From NCBI GenBank assembly GCA_029941135.1, contig JAPYRI010000003.1:21093-82131 (forward strand): DNA of 61,039 nucleotides. The letters are read 5' to 3'. The position numbers were made by a program, and so were the translations under genes. Positions 9,051 to 17,987 of the stretch are shown in pieces. The stretch's first letter is position 1. Each line of letters starts with the position of its first letter. Origin of the DNA: Alphaproteobacteria bacterium. GTDB taxonomy: Bacteria > Pseudomonadota > Alphaproteobacteria > JAPYRI01. Below the pieces are notes generated by a model. It did no database searches and had not been told where the DNA came from. It saw nothing but the letters and a program-made list of their open reading frames with translations.

Positions 9051-9660
9051 CTAAGCGATTTTGACTGCGATCGCTTCGGTCAGCGCGCTTTCCGGCCGGT
9101 CGTCACCCCAAAACAATTCGTCGCCAACAACAAATGTCGGGGCGCCAAAAATACCGAGCTCAACAGCACGTTCGGTGCGCGCGCAGCCGCTTCTTAACGT
9201 CGTCAGACTTGGCCTCTTTGAGGACTGTGGCGCCATCAATCCCCAATTCAGCGAGCAGGGTTTCGAGGTGAACTGGATCGCCGATATCCAGGCTTTCGAC
9301 GAAGTTTGCCTCAAAGACAGCGCGAATAAACGGCAAACACCAGTCTTGGTCTTTACCCAAGGTAGCAATGCGTGCCGCGCGCAGTCTTAGGGCCGGAAAT
9401 ATTTTGGGCTGATGAAACGGGATGTCATAGGCACGGGCCTGCCGGGCGATATCTTTCCACATGTAATCGCCCTTTGCCGGATAAATATTAAATGGCGATG
9501 TTTCCCATCCTTGAGTTTGAAAAATGGGCCCCAGCAAAAAGGGGCGGTAAAGCACGCTGACCCCTGCCATTCGGGCGAGGGCATCGATACGCATGACCGA
9601 CAAATACGAGTATGTGCTGGCAAACTCGAACCAAAACTCAAGCGGTTTGGGCTTTATCAT
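9051..9660 (-). pseudogene. 2-hydroxychromene-2-carboxylate isomerase / DsbA-like (GST-kappa) gene with a frameshift
   Basis: N-terminus FWFEFASTYSYLS...PFLLGPIF in frame 9160-9660; conserved C-terminus RAVELGIFGAPTFVVGDELFWGDDR lies in frame 9051-9368; the switch is near 9175-9185. Confidence 0.8.
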
Positions 9661-10682
9661 CGGCGGGTAAGCTTCAGTTCAATCCGGCGGTTACGGCGAT
9701 TGCCGATCTCGTCCTGGCGTGGATCCCGAGGGTGAAACTCACCAAAACCTGCAGCCGCCAGCCGCTCGGGCGGCACGCCCTGTTCCATCAGATAGCGCAC
9801 AACAGAAAGCGCCCGAGCGGCAGACAGTTCCCAATTTGAAGGAAATTCATTGGTGCGGATTGGTACCCGGTCTGTATGCCCGTCAATACGCAAAACCCAG
9901 TTGATATCCTCCGGTATGTCCGGCGCAACCGCGAGAAGTGTCGCGGCTACGGGCGCCAGGTGGGTCTTGCCTTCGGCAGCCAATACAGCGGAGCCGGAGG
10001 CAAACATCACTTCGGACTGAAGAATGAAACGGTCGCCCTCAATCGCGATCCCGGGTCTTGAGCCTAAGACGGAACGCAATCGTCCAAAAAACTCGGAACG
10101 GTAACGGGTGAGCTCCTGAACCTTGACCGCCAAAGCACGATTTAGGCGGTGGCCAAGATCGCGGATGGTTTCTTGGCTCTTCTGATCCCGGGCTTCGATG
10201 GTCCCCAGCGCAAGGCTCAATCGCCGCAATTCGTCTTTGAGAGTAGCAATACTGCGGTTCAAAACTTCCATTTGCACAGTCGTTTGCGATGATTTTTCCG
10301 TGTGGACTGCTTTTTCCGCCCTCAATTTGTCATCCAATTTTTCCGCGCTGGCGAGTGCTTTCTCAGCGTTAGTAAGGGCGATGTCTCGAGCCTTACTGAC
10401 TTTTTGCAAACTGGCCGACAACTGCGAAGAGCTCAGTCGCAGCTCTATGTTGGCAGCGCTTTCAAGACCCAATAATTTTTGTAGTTCGGCGACTTCACGA
10501 TTTAGCCGGGCTAAGGCTTGGTTCCGGCCGGAAAGGGTTTGACCGAGAAAAAATTGCGCTATGGCTGAAATCGAGAGTAAAAACACAATCACAAGCAACA
10601 ATGTGGCCAAGGCATCGACAAAACCCGGCCAAATATTTACCGAACGATCGGCGCGAGATCGGGCCCGGGTATGAACAGTCAT
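9657..10682 (-). CDS. MotB/OmpA-family peptidoglycan-binding membrane protein with long coiled coil
   Basis: TM helix WPGFVDALATLLLVIVFLL with Asp, heptad-rich middle, OmpA_C motifs IDGHTD, NWELSAARALSVV, AAGFGEFHP, RNRRIEL. Confidence 0.88.
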   Translation of the reverse strand: MTVHTRARSRADRSVNIWPGFVDALATLLLVIVFLLSISAIAQFFLGQTLSGRNQALARLNREVAELQKLLGLESAANIELRLSSSQLSASLQKVSKARDIALTNAEKALASAEKLDDKLRAEKAVHTEKSSQTTVQMEVLNRSIATLKDELRRLSLALGTIEARDQKSQETIRDLGHRLNRALAVKVQELTRYRSEFFGRLRSVLGSRPGIAIEGDRFILQSEVMFASGSAVLAAEGKTHLAPVAATLLAVAPDIPEDINWVLRIDGHTDRVPIRTNEFPSNWELSAARALSVVRYLMEQGVPPERLAAAGFGEFHPRDPRQDEIGNRRNRRIELKLTRR

Positions 10683-10704
10683 CTATCGATCCAGATCCTA
10701 AGTC

Positions 10705-11901
10705 TTATCCTTCTGGCCGCTTTGTATCCTGATGACCGGCGCCTTGCACACCGGCGATGGTCCGCGCGAGAAATTTGATCTCGGCCCGGAGGTCATCAAC
10801 CAATTGCTGGCGACCGCGCACAGTGTCTTCGACTAAGCGGGTGAGCAGCACGTCCATATTGCGCAGGTGATTTCGGCTCCCGTCATCGAGCCCACCATCT
10901 CCCGCCTGTTGGCGCTCCAAGTTAGCTGCCAGCCGTTCGAAAATTGGTTTCATTTCCACTTGGCTTTGAACCAGTTTGACCATTAGATTCTGCTCGGCGC
11001 GGGTTTGATCGGTAAGGGTCGCCAGGCGCTCGGACAAAGCCGCGACAGATTCGTTTGTGGAAATGCGGCCTTCCTCGCTCCGCTGAAACGCGCGCTGAAG
11101 ATTATCCAATCCTTCGGCACTGCGCTCCAGCAGCGCCTCCACATAGGCAGTCAAATTTCCGCCGCCCTCAACCGATGTTGTCCCCGACGATAAGTGTGTC
11201 GCTGCCGACAGCCAATCTTCCAGGTCATTGTAAAAGCGGTTCTGAGCTTGGCTTGCTTGCAGGTCGAGAAACCCAAGCACCAGTGAGCCCGCCAATCCGA
11301 AAAGCGACGAGCTGAATGCCGTTGCCATTCCCTCCAGCGGTGCTGCTAGTCCGACTTGCAAGTCGGAAAATAAAGTGGCGAAATCACCGGCTTCTACCGA
11401 CATGCCAGCAATAGCATTGCCGATCGCTGAGACTGTTTGAAGCAGTCCCCAAAATGTGCCGAGCAGTCCTAGAAAGATAAGGAGGCCGATCAGATAGCGC
11501 GAGATATCCCTACTTTCGTCCAGCCGGGCCCCAACCGTATCGAGCAAAGATCTCAAGGCGAGAGCAGACAAGGACATCTTGCCTGATTTTTCCGCCAGCA
11601 TGGCCGCCATCGGGGCAAGAAGACGGGTTTTGCCAGTTCCGGGTCCAATAACTTCGCCGCTAACCCCCGCCTTGGCTAAACGCTGATTGAAATCCTCGAT
11701 CCAATTGATTTCGGGTTTCAGCATCAAAACTTGGCGAAATACATATGCGATACCAACGAATAACACGCCGACAATTAGCCCGTTCAATACCGCATTTGCG
11801 CCAAAGGCGTCGGCGACCGGTACAATCACCAAAATCACGGCAGCAATTACAGCCGCCAGAAACAGGAGCATGCGGGTTAAATAACGGCCCGGGCGCGTCA
11901 T
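10705..11901 (-). CDS. MotA/TolQ/ExbB-like proton-channel protein with long C-terminal helical tail
   Basis: Two N-terminal hydrophobic helices, then LLIFLGLLGTFWGLL and GMATAFSSSLFGLAGSLVLG resembling TolQ/MotA channel helices; ATG at 11901 is preferred to 12000. Confidence 0.75.
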   Translation of the reverse strand: MTRPGRYLTRMLLFLAAVIAAVILVIVPVADAFGANAVLNGLIVGVLFVGIAYVFRQVLMLKPEINWIEDFNQRLAKAGVSGEVIGPGTGKTRLLAPMAAMLAEKSGKMSLSALALRSLLDTVGARLDESRDISRYLIGLLIFLGLLGTFWGLLQTVSAIGNAIAGMSVEAGDFATLFSDLQVGLAAPLEGMATAFSSSLFGLAGSLVLGFLDLQASQAQNRFYNDLEDWLSAATHLSSGTTSVEGGGNLTAYVEALLERSAEGLDNLQRAFQRSEEGRISTNESVAALSERLATLTDQTRAEQNLMVKLVQSQVEMKPIFERLAANLERQQAGDGGLDDGSRNHLRNMDVLLTRLVEDTVRGRQQLVDDLRAEIKFLARTIAGVQGAGHQDTKRPEG

Positions 11902-12090
11902 AATTTTCTGTCGCCGCGCGCTTTGGGGGGAGATTTCAAACTCAACCAGGCCCCGTTCTTCGTGTGGCGCCATTCTTTCCTTTGGGTCGGCCCTCAACAT
12001 ATCCGGCTACTTCCCTTGCTTGTTCAACCCGCCCAGTTCCATGAGAACATGTGCGGAAGGAAAGACGTTAATGTAGCTAGCCGTCTGGGG

Positions 12091-13320
12091 TCAACGCGCG
12101 CTGGTCGCCGAGCGGGAATTGAAGAGCGCGCGTCCGACAGCAATTTCCGCCGTCGACATAACTCGTTTGGCGGTTTCAATATGCTGTTTGGCGTCAGGGC
12201 TGCCTTGGGCGGCAGCACAACTGAACCAATAGTAGGCTTCCGAATTGTCCTGCCCGATGCCTTCTCCACGGGCATAACGGAGGGCGAGATTCATTTGCGC
12301 CATGACGTTGCCTTGATCGGCTGCCCGCCGAAACCATCGAACGGCTACGGGCGCATCTTGCTTCACGCCGCGGCCACTGGAATAAAGGGTGGCGAGTGAG
12401 TTTTGGGCATCTGGATTGCCGTGATCCGCGGCTTTTCGGTACCACTCCGCCGCCAATGAAAAGTCCCGGGATACGTGTTCGCCGGTTTCGTACATTGTCC
12501 CCATGTACGATTGGGCCACAGCTAAATCAACATCAGCAGCGGCACGAAGCCACTTAATGCCGCCGGCCACATCTTGCGGACCACCCGATCCGTTTAATTT
12601 CATTAGCCCCAAATAGAAACACGCGCCGACATTGCCCTGATCCGCCGCCTTTTGATACCAATCAGCGGCCGCGACAAAATCTGCATCTACGCCTTGACCG
12701 TTGGCATACCTATCACCGAGGGCGGCTTCGGCCGCAGCATGCCCTTGATCCGCAGCCAGTCGGCACAGGCGAAGGGCTTCGCCATCGTCACGGTTAACAC
12801 CATCGCCGCTCAAATACATTCGACTGAGAGCGTATTGGCTGTCCGCCCGATCTTGGTCGGCAGCAGCCTGATACCAGCGCGCTGATTCTTTCAGGTCGCG
12901 CGTCAGTACATCACCCTGTTCAAGCATGAGGCCGAGATTAAATTGGGCAGGGCCAAGTCCCTGTTCCGACGCTTTTCGATACCATACGGCCGCGTCTTTG
13001 CGATTTATCGTAATTCCGTGGCCTTTCTCCAAGGCAACACCCAGATTGAATTGGGCTTCCGCGTTCCCCTGTTTCGCGGCAGCCTGATACCAGTGCACAG
13101 CTTGTTCGACGCTTTGGGAGACATCAGCCCCCATTGCAAAGCGGTCTCCCAAAGTAAGTTGTGCACCCGCATGCCCACTCTCTGCGGCGGTTTGGCACCA
13201 TTGCGCCGATTTCGAAGGATCCAATGGACTCTCGTCACCAAGGCGATATATCTCGCTCAAGCGGAATTGAGCTTCCACATCGCCCTGCTCGGCAAGTTTG
13301 ATCCAATCCTCTGGGGACAT
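12091..13320 (-). CDS. Sel1-like repeat protein (about 10 repeats plus capping helix)
   Basis: 36-aa periodicity W(Y/F)..AA.QG...AQ..LG..Y..G.GV..D; no obvious signal peptide. Confidence 0.92.
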   Translation of the reverse strand: MSPEDWIKLAEQGDVEAQFRLSEIYRLGDESPLDPSKSAQWCQTAAESGHAGAQLTLGDRFAMGADVSQSVEQAVHWYQAAAKQGNAEAQFNLGVALEKGHGITINRKDAAVWYRKASEQGLGPAQFNLGLMLEQGDVLTRDLKESARWYQAAADQDRADSQYALSRMYLSGDGVNRDDGEALRLCRLAADQGHAAAEAALGDRYANGQGVDADFVAAADWYQKAADQGNVGACFYLGLMKLNGSGGPQDVAGGIKWLRAAADVDLAVAQSYMGTMYETGEHVSRDFSLAAEWYRKAADHGNPDAQNSLATLYSSGRGVKQDAPVAVRWFRRAADQGNVMAQMNLALRYARGEGIGQDNSEAYYWFSCAAAQGSPDAKQHIETAKRVMSTAEIAVGRALFNSRSATSAR

Positions 13321-13369
13321 GCGATTCCTTTGGGAAACTGAATGAAGCCGTATGATGGCCGAACGCGAT

Positions 13370-14695
13370 TTACCGGACGACGGTCAGAATGTCGACGCGG
13401 TTCGCGGGGCCTTCTCCGGCAATTCCCAGTGCCCGCACATCGATCCGCGTACTGCGAATGTTTTGCTCAATGAGGCTAGAACGCACTGCCAAGGCGCGTT
13501 TCAAGGAAATCCGGCGGGCCGTTCCGGTGTCCTCACCTTCGGCGCCAGCGTAAGACCGGATTTGAACCCTATCGCTGCTGCTTTCAAGGCGGGATCCCAA
13601 TTCTTTCAACTGATCAAGTTGTGCCGGTGAAATTGAGGCTGACCCGGCAGTGAATTCCAATCTCAATTGTTGGGCGCCCCCGCTTGGCACAGGACGCTTG
13701 GGAACGGCTGCAACCCGGGTTTCAGGTTTTGCTGGACTTGCTGCCGGGGGCGGTTTGGACGGCGCAACAGGCGCCGGGGCAACAGCCTCAATAGCCGGCG
13801 GCGATGCCACTGGCGCTGTCGGGGTGGTTCCCAGTATCTCAGCGCGTTTGGCTTCGTAATCGGATTTAGAAATCAATGCTTCATCACGCAAAGCGGCCAA
13901 TTCTTTCAGTCGCGCTTGCGCGCTATTTGCCGGCGTTTTTTCAACAATTTGGGACCGCTTGGCTGCGTAATCGTCGTCAGTAATCAAACCGTCGCCCCGC
14001 AATGCCGCCAATTCGGATAAGCGCTTTTGATCCCGCGAAGACGGTACCGAGGGCGTGCTGCCCTCAGTAATGAGATGGGGGGGCACGGGAGCTCGAGGGA
14101 CCGAACGCTCGGGAAGGGGCTGTGGTGGTTTCGCTACTGCGCGCCTCACCGGTTTGGGGCTCAACTCTGGTAGTGGGGTGAGACTGGGGGCCTCGACTGG
14201 TGTCGGCGGTTTTGCCGCTATGAGGGGTCTTTCGGCCGGTGGTGCCAGAGATGGGGCAGGAGGCGACCAAGGCTCGGCCTGCCGTGAAGGAGCCGCGGCA
14301 CGACGCGACGGACTTGATGCCGGCGCGGGAACTCTGAAAATATCGCTGCCGTAAACCCGCGGCGGTGTTGACCGCCTCAGATAAAGTGGCTTTTCCCCCG
14401 GATGTAGGAGCAGCCGGCCGTCGGCGTAGGCATCTAAGTCGTTCAGGGCATCGAGGTTTACTTCCACGCTCGGTTGGCCGCTGCCGCCAATATAGACGGT
14501 TTCCTGGGCGACAGCCGGATTCGCATACGAAGACCAAATGGCCATTGTGATGACGCCGCCAAACGCTAAGACGCGTTGCGCGGTTGGTGGCGCTGAAGAG
14601 CGCCGAAGGGGTGGCATATCCATTACTCCTCCCGGCACTGGCCAGAAGTAAAAAATCAATCGATCGAAGGCTGCGGAAGCATAACTTGAAGGCAT
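13370..14695 (-). CDS. Exported Pro-rich protein with two SHOCT-like segments and a degenerate C-terminal OmpA-like domain
   Basis: Signal-like ...ANPAVA-QE, long Pro/Ala linker, RLSELAALRGDGLITDDDYAAKRSQI and RLKELAALRDEALISKSDYEAKRAEIL, then ISLKRALAVRS.L...IRSTRIDVRALG; true start probably nearer 14624. Confidence 0.7.
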   Translation of the reverse strand: MPSSYASAAFDRLIFYFWPVPGGVMDMPPLRRSSAPPTAQRVLAFGGVITMAIWSSYANPAVAQETVYIGGSGQPSVEVNLDALNDLDAYADGRLLLHPGEKPLYLRRSTPPRVYGSDIFRVPAPASSPSRRAAAPSRQAEPWSPPAPSLAPPAERPLIAAKPPTPVEAPSLTPLPELSPKPVRRAVAKPPQPLPERSVPRAPVPPHLITEGSTPSVPSSRDQKRLSELAALRGDGLITDDDYAAKRSQIVEKTPANSAQARLKELAALRDEALISKSDYEAKRAEILGTTPTAPVASPPAIEAVAPAPVAPSKPPPAASPAKPETRVAAVPKRPVPSGGAQQLRLEFTAGSASISPAQLDQLKELGSRLESSSDRVQIRSYAGAEGEDTGTARRISLKRALAVRSSLIEQNIRSTRIDVRALGIAGEGPANRVDILTVVR

Positions 14696-14757
14696 TTAGG
14701 GAACAACCGCTTTGACTTCGCCATTCCTGAGCATGCTCAGTTTCATCCTTTCCGCAA

Positions 14758-15588
14758 TTATGTGGCAGCTTCTGGCGCGACTTTGGCCGCAGCTTTATCA
14801 GCGCGCACAATCAGTTTCCTGAAGGGCCCGTGCAAAAGGTCATTGGCGGCAATAATTTGTCCTTCCGGCAGATTTTCGTATCCGCCATGATAATCGGTTA
14901 CAAAACCGCCTGCTTCGCGGACGATGATTATCCCCGCCGCGATATCCCAAAATGACAAACCACTTTCCCAAAACCCCTCATAGCGGCCAGCGGCCACATA
15001 GGCGAGATCCAATGCCGCCGAGCCAAATCGGCGGATGCCTGCGACTTCGGCCATTACGGCTTCTAAGGTCGCCAAAAATGGCGCGTGACCTTCGCGCCCG
15101 AGAAACGGAATACCGGTCGCGAATACAGCATCGGGCATTTTATCCCGTGCCGACACCCGGAGCCGCCGATCGTTCATGTAGGCGCCGCTGCCTTTTTCTG
15201 CCCAGAATGTTTCGTCGCGGATCGGGTCGTGGATGACGCCGGCAACAACTTCTCCGTTTAGTTCGGCCGCAATCGAAATCGCGAAATGGGGGATTCCATG
15301 CAGGAAATTTGTCATGCCATCCAACGGATCGACGATCCATCTGGCAGCCTTGTCAGACCCTTCATGCGATCCGCTCTCTTCCATAAGAAACCCGTACGCG
15401 GGCCGGGCGCGTGAGAGTTCCGCCTTCAGCTCCCGCTGGGCCCGCAAGTCGGTTGTTGAGACAAAATCCGCGGGGCCTTTTTTCGAGACTTGAAGCTGTT
15501 CAACTTCACCGAAATCGCGCATCATACGACGAGCGGTTTTGGTCGCGGCATTGACCATAACGTTAATGAGCGCGGACTTGAGCGCCAT
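14758..15588 (-). CDS. suhB: Inositol monophosphatase family protein
   Basis: KGPADFVS, WIVDPLDGMTNFLHGIPHF, RRFGSAALDLAYVAAGR, WDIAAG. Confidence 0.93.
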   Translation of the reverse strand: MALKSALINVMVNAATKTARRMMRDFGEVEQLQVSKKGPADFVSTTDLRAQRELKAELSRARPAYGFLMEESGSHEGSDKAARWIVDPLDGMTNFLHGIPHFAISIAAELNGEVVAGVIHDPIRDETFWAEKGSGAYMNDRRLRVSARDKMPDAVFATGIPFLGREGHAPFLATLEAVMAEVAGIRRFGSAALDLAYVAAGRYEGFWESGLSFWDIAAGIIIVREAGGFVTDYHGGYENLPEGQIIAANDLLHGPFRKLIVRADKAAAKVAPEAAT

Positions 15589-15623
15589 GAAGATACCTTT
15601 TAATTATGCGCCCCGGCGCGAGG

Positions 15624-16190
15624 TTAGTCGTCTGCCCGCTTGATGTAACTGCCGTCTTCAGTACTTATTTCGACCCGGGCGCCCACTTCAACAAACGGTG
15701 GTACATTGGTTTTAAGACCATTATCCAAAGTCGCGGGCTTAAACGAGGCAGCCGCGGTTTGCCCCTTCAATGCAGGTGCGGTTTCAGTCACCTCGAAGAC
15801 AGCAGAGTCCGGTAGCACAACGCGTAAGACACTGCCCTCGTGGCTTTCGATGGTCACTTCCATACCTTCCTGCAGGTAAGCAGTACCCCCACCCAGAAGA
15901 TCACTGTTCAGGTCGGTCTGCTCATAAGTTTCATTGTCCATGAACGTGTACATGTCGTCGCCCGTGTACAAAAATTGACTTGTGCGTTGCTCAAGGCGCA
16001 CTTTTTCAACGTCTTCAGACGCGCGAAACCGTTCGTTCAATTTACTCCCCGAACGCAAATTTCTAAGTTCCACCTGCAAATACGCGCCGCCTTTTCCGGG
16101 CTGGGTGTGTTGAATTTTGACTGCCGACCACAATTCACCTTTGTGCTCGATAATATTGCCGGGACGGATGGCATTGCCGTTGATCTTCAT
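15624..16190 (-). CDS. efp: Elongation factor P
   Basis: HTQPGKGGAY loop, NERFR, ALKGQTAAASFKPA, VPPFV; ATG at 16190. Confidence 0.96.
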   Translation of the reverse strand: MKINGNAIRPGNIIEHKGELWSAVKIQHTQPGKGGAYLQVELRNLRSGSKLNERFRASEDVEKVRLEQRTSQFLYTGDDMYTFMDNETYEQTDLNSDLLGGGTAYLQEGMEVTIESHEGSVLRVVLPDSAVFEVTETAPALKGQTAAASFKPATLDNGLKTNVPPFVEVGARVEISTEDGSYIKRADD

Positions 16191-16291
16191 AGCCGGGCTT
16201 GCTCGACTGGTGGGAGCACCTACCTTGAGGCGCTGACTGAATTTTCTATGCGTTGAAGCGCGCCGGAACCTATCAGCAAAGTTCAGAGGAT

Positions 16292-16939
16292 TCAATCATT
16301 GGGGAGTGCTTTCAAAATAGCTTCGTTCAAATTACCAACAGCGGTCCCCGGGCCTTGCGGATGACCCCAAACGTTAGAACAAACGGCGATAAAGTCTGCT
16401 CCGGCGGACACAAATTCGCTGCAATTGTCTGCTGTTAGTCCGCCAATGGCAACGCAGGGGACTTCAAACAACTCGGACCACCAGTTGAACAGTTCAGGCC
16501 CGGCCCGAAATTGAGTTGCCTTGGTTGCGGTTGGGAAGGCGGCTCCGAAGGCCACGTAGTCAGCATTTTTTTCGGCGGCTTCCATGGCCAAATGCCGCGA
16601 ATCATGACATGTCACGCCAACAATTCGTTCGTCGCCAACTTTGGCCCGTGCCGCTTTTTGGTTCTCGTCTTGTTGGCCTACGTGAACCCCATCGGCCTCC
16701 AATTCGGCTGCCAGATCGGGTCGGTCGTTAATCAGAAAAGCAACGTCGTGTGCGTGACAAACCGGCATCAGATGCTCGGTGGCGCGCCGAACGCTGTCGT
16801 CGTCCACGTCTTTGAGCCGTAACTGAAGGCACGCAACATCACCGCCACTCAAGGCGTTTTCAAGTTGCACCCTGAACGGGTCCGGATCGAATCGGTCCGG
16901 TGTAATCAAATACAGTCGGCATGCCTGCTCAGTGCCCAA
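16292..16939 (-). CDS. thiE: Thiamine phosphate synthase
   Basis: LYLITP, LQLRLK, LINDRPDLA, ADGVHVGQQD, GVTCHDS, ADYVAFG, VAIGG; TTG start. Confidence 0.88.
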   Translation of the reverse strand: MGTEQACRLYLITPDRFDPDPFRVQLENALSGGDVACLQLRLKDVDDDSVRRATEHLMPVCHAHDVAFLINDRPDLAAELEADGVHVGQQDENQKAARAKVGDERIVGVTCHDSRHLAMEAAEKNADYVAFGAAFPTATKATQFRAGPELFNWWSELFEVPCVAIGGLTADNCSEFVSAGADFIAVCSNVWGHPQGPGTAVGNLNEAILKALPND

Positions 16940-16947
16940 GGGATGGA

Positions 16948-17877
16948 TTATTCCTTGCCTTGATAGATGCGGATGATGGAATCCAGCATGGCTAAGGCTT
17001 CTTCACGGGGGCGCTGGAAGGTGTTGCGCCCGATGATTGAGCCGTTACCGCCGCCGTCACGGATAGCGCGCGCGTCATCGAATATTGACCCTTCGCCCTT
17101 TTTGGCGCCGCCCGAAAAAACCACAATGCGGCGGCCATTAAATGTCGATTGCATGACGTGTTTGACCCGGGCCGCCTGCGTGCTGATGTCGATGCCTTCA
17201 GCTTCATAAACCTTACGGGCTTCGCTTTGTTCCAAATGGTCCGACGGCAATTTGATCTTGATGATATGAGCGCCTATGAGCGCCGCCATGTGAGCTGCAT
17301 AAGCAGCCACATCGATGGCGGTTTCGCCGTTCTTGGTCAGATCGCCGCCGCGCGGGTAGGACCAGACGACAACCGCCAAGCCATAAGCTTTGGCCTCTTC
17401 CGCCATGTCGCGAATTTCTTCAATCATGTTGAAGGCTTCGTCCGACGACGGGTAAATGGTGAAGCCGATGGCCGAACAGCCAAGGCGCAAGGCGTCCATC
17501 ACCGAAGCTGTGATGGCCTGGTCCGGGCCCTCGCCGCCGCGCGCTAGACTGTTAGAACTGTTGACCTTTAGGATGATTGGAATTTGACCGGCGAAGGTGT
17601 CGGCGCCGGCCTCGACCATACCCAACGGCGTCGCAAAGGCATTCAGACCGGCATCAATGGCCAGTTGAAAGTGGTAGTGGGGGTTATAGCCGGCCGGGTT
17701 GGGGGCGAAGCTTCTTGCCGGGCCATGCTCGAAACCTTGGTCAACCGGAAGGATCACCATTTTACCGCTGCCGCCCAATCGGCCATGCATCAATATGCGT
17801 GCAAGGTTGGCTTTGGTGCCGGGGTTGTCGCTTTCATAACACGACAATATTTGTTTGACCTTGCGGGTGATTTTCAT
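16948..17877 (-). CDS. fbaB: Class I fructose-bisphosphate aldolase (DhnA type)
   Basis: ILPVDQGFEHGPARSF, VVWSYPRG, GAHIIKIKLP (Schiff-base Lys), GSIIGRNTFQR. Confidence 0.93.
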   Translation of the reverse strand: MKITRKVKQILSCYESDNPGTKANLARILMHGRLGGSGKMVILPVDQGFEHGPARSFAPNPAGYNPHYHFQLAIDAGLNAFATPLGMVEAGADTFAGQIPIILKVNSSNSLARGGEGPDQAITASVMDALRLGCSAIGFTIYPSSDEAFNMIEEIRDMAEEAKAYGLAVVVWSYPRGGDLTKNGETAIDVAAYAAHMAALIGAHIIKIKLPSDHLEQSEARKVYEAEGIDISTQAARVKHVMQSTFNGRRIVVFSGGAKKGEGSIFDDARAIRDGGGNGSIIGRNTFQRPREEALAMLDSIIRIYQGKE

Positions 17878-17987
17878 GGATTGCCTCGTAATTTCTGACT
17901 GCGTTTCTTGATACGTGAGTGCACCGGGGAAAATAAGGGTGAGTCTTGAATAGCCCAGGCCCTGAAGCTTTGCAACGGGTGACTTGA

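Noticed and set aside
9657-11901. Calling the pair flagellar motA/motB or Zorya zorA/zorB
   Set aside because: No flagellar genes and no ZorC/D/E-like helicase or nuclease genes adjacent; core-gene context. Left as a MotA/MotB-like pair.
14064-14810. 248-aa minus-strand ORF overlapping the SHOCT-OmpA gene
   Set aside because: Alternative-frame shadow with Arg/Ser-rich composition and no motifs; the overlapping frame has recognisable domains.
16292-16947. TPP riboswitch upstream of thiE or thiD (42490)
   Set aside because: Both genes abut or overlap upstream CDSs, with no room for or match to the aptamer.
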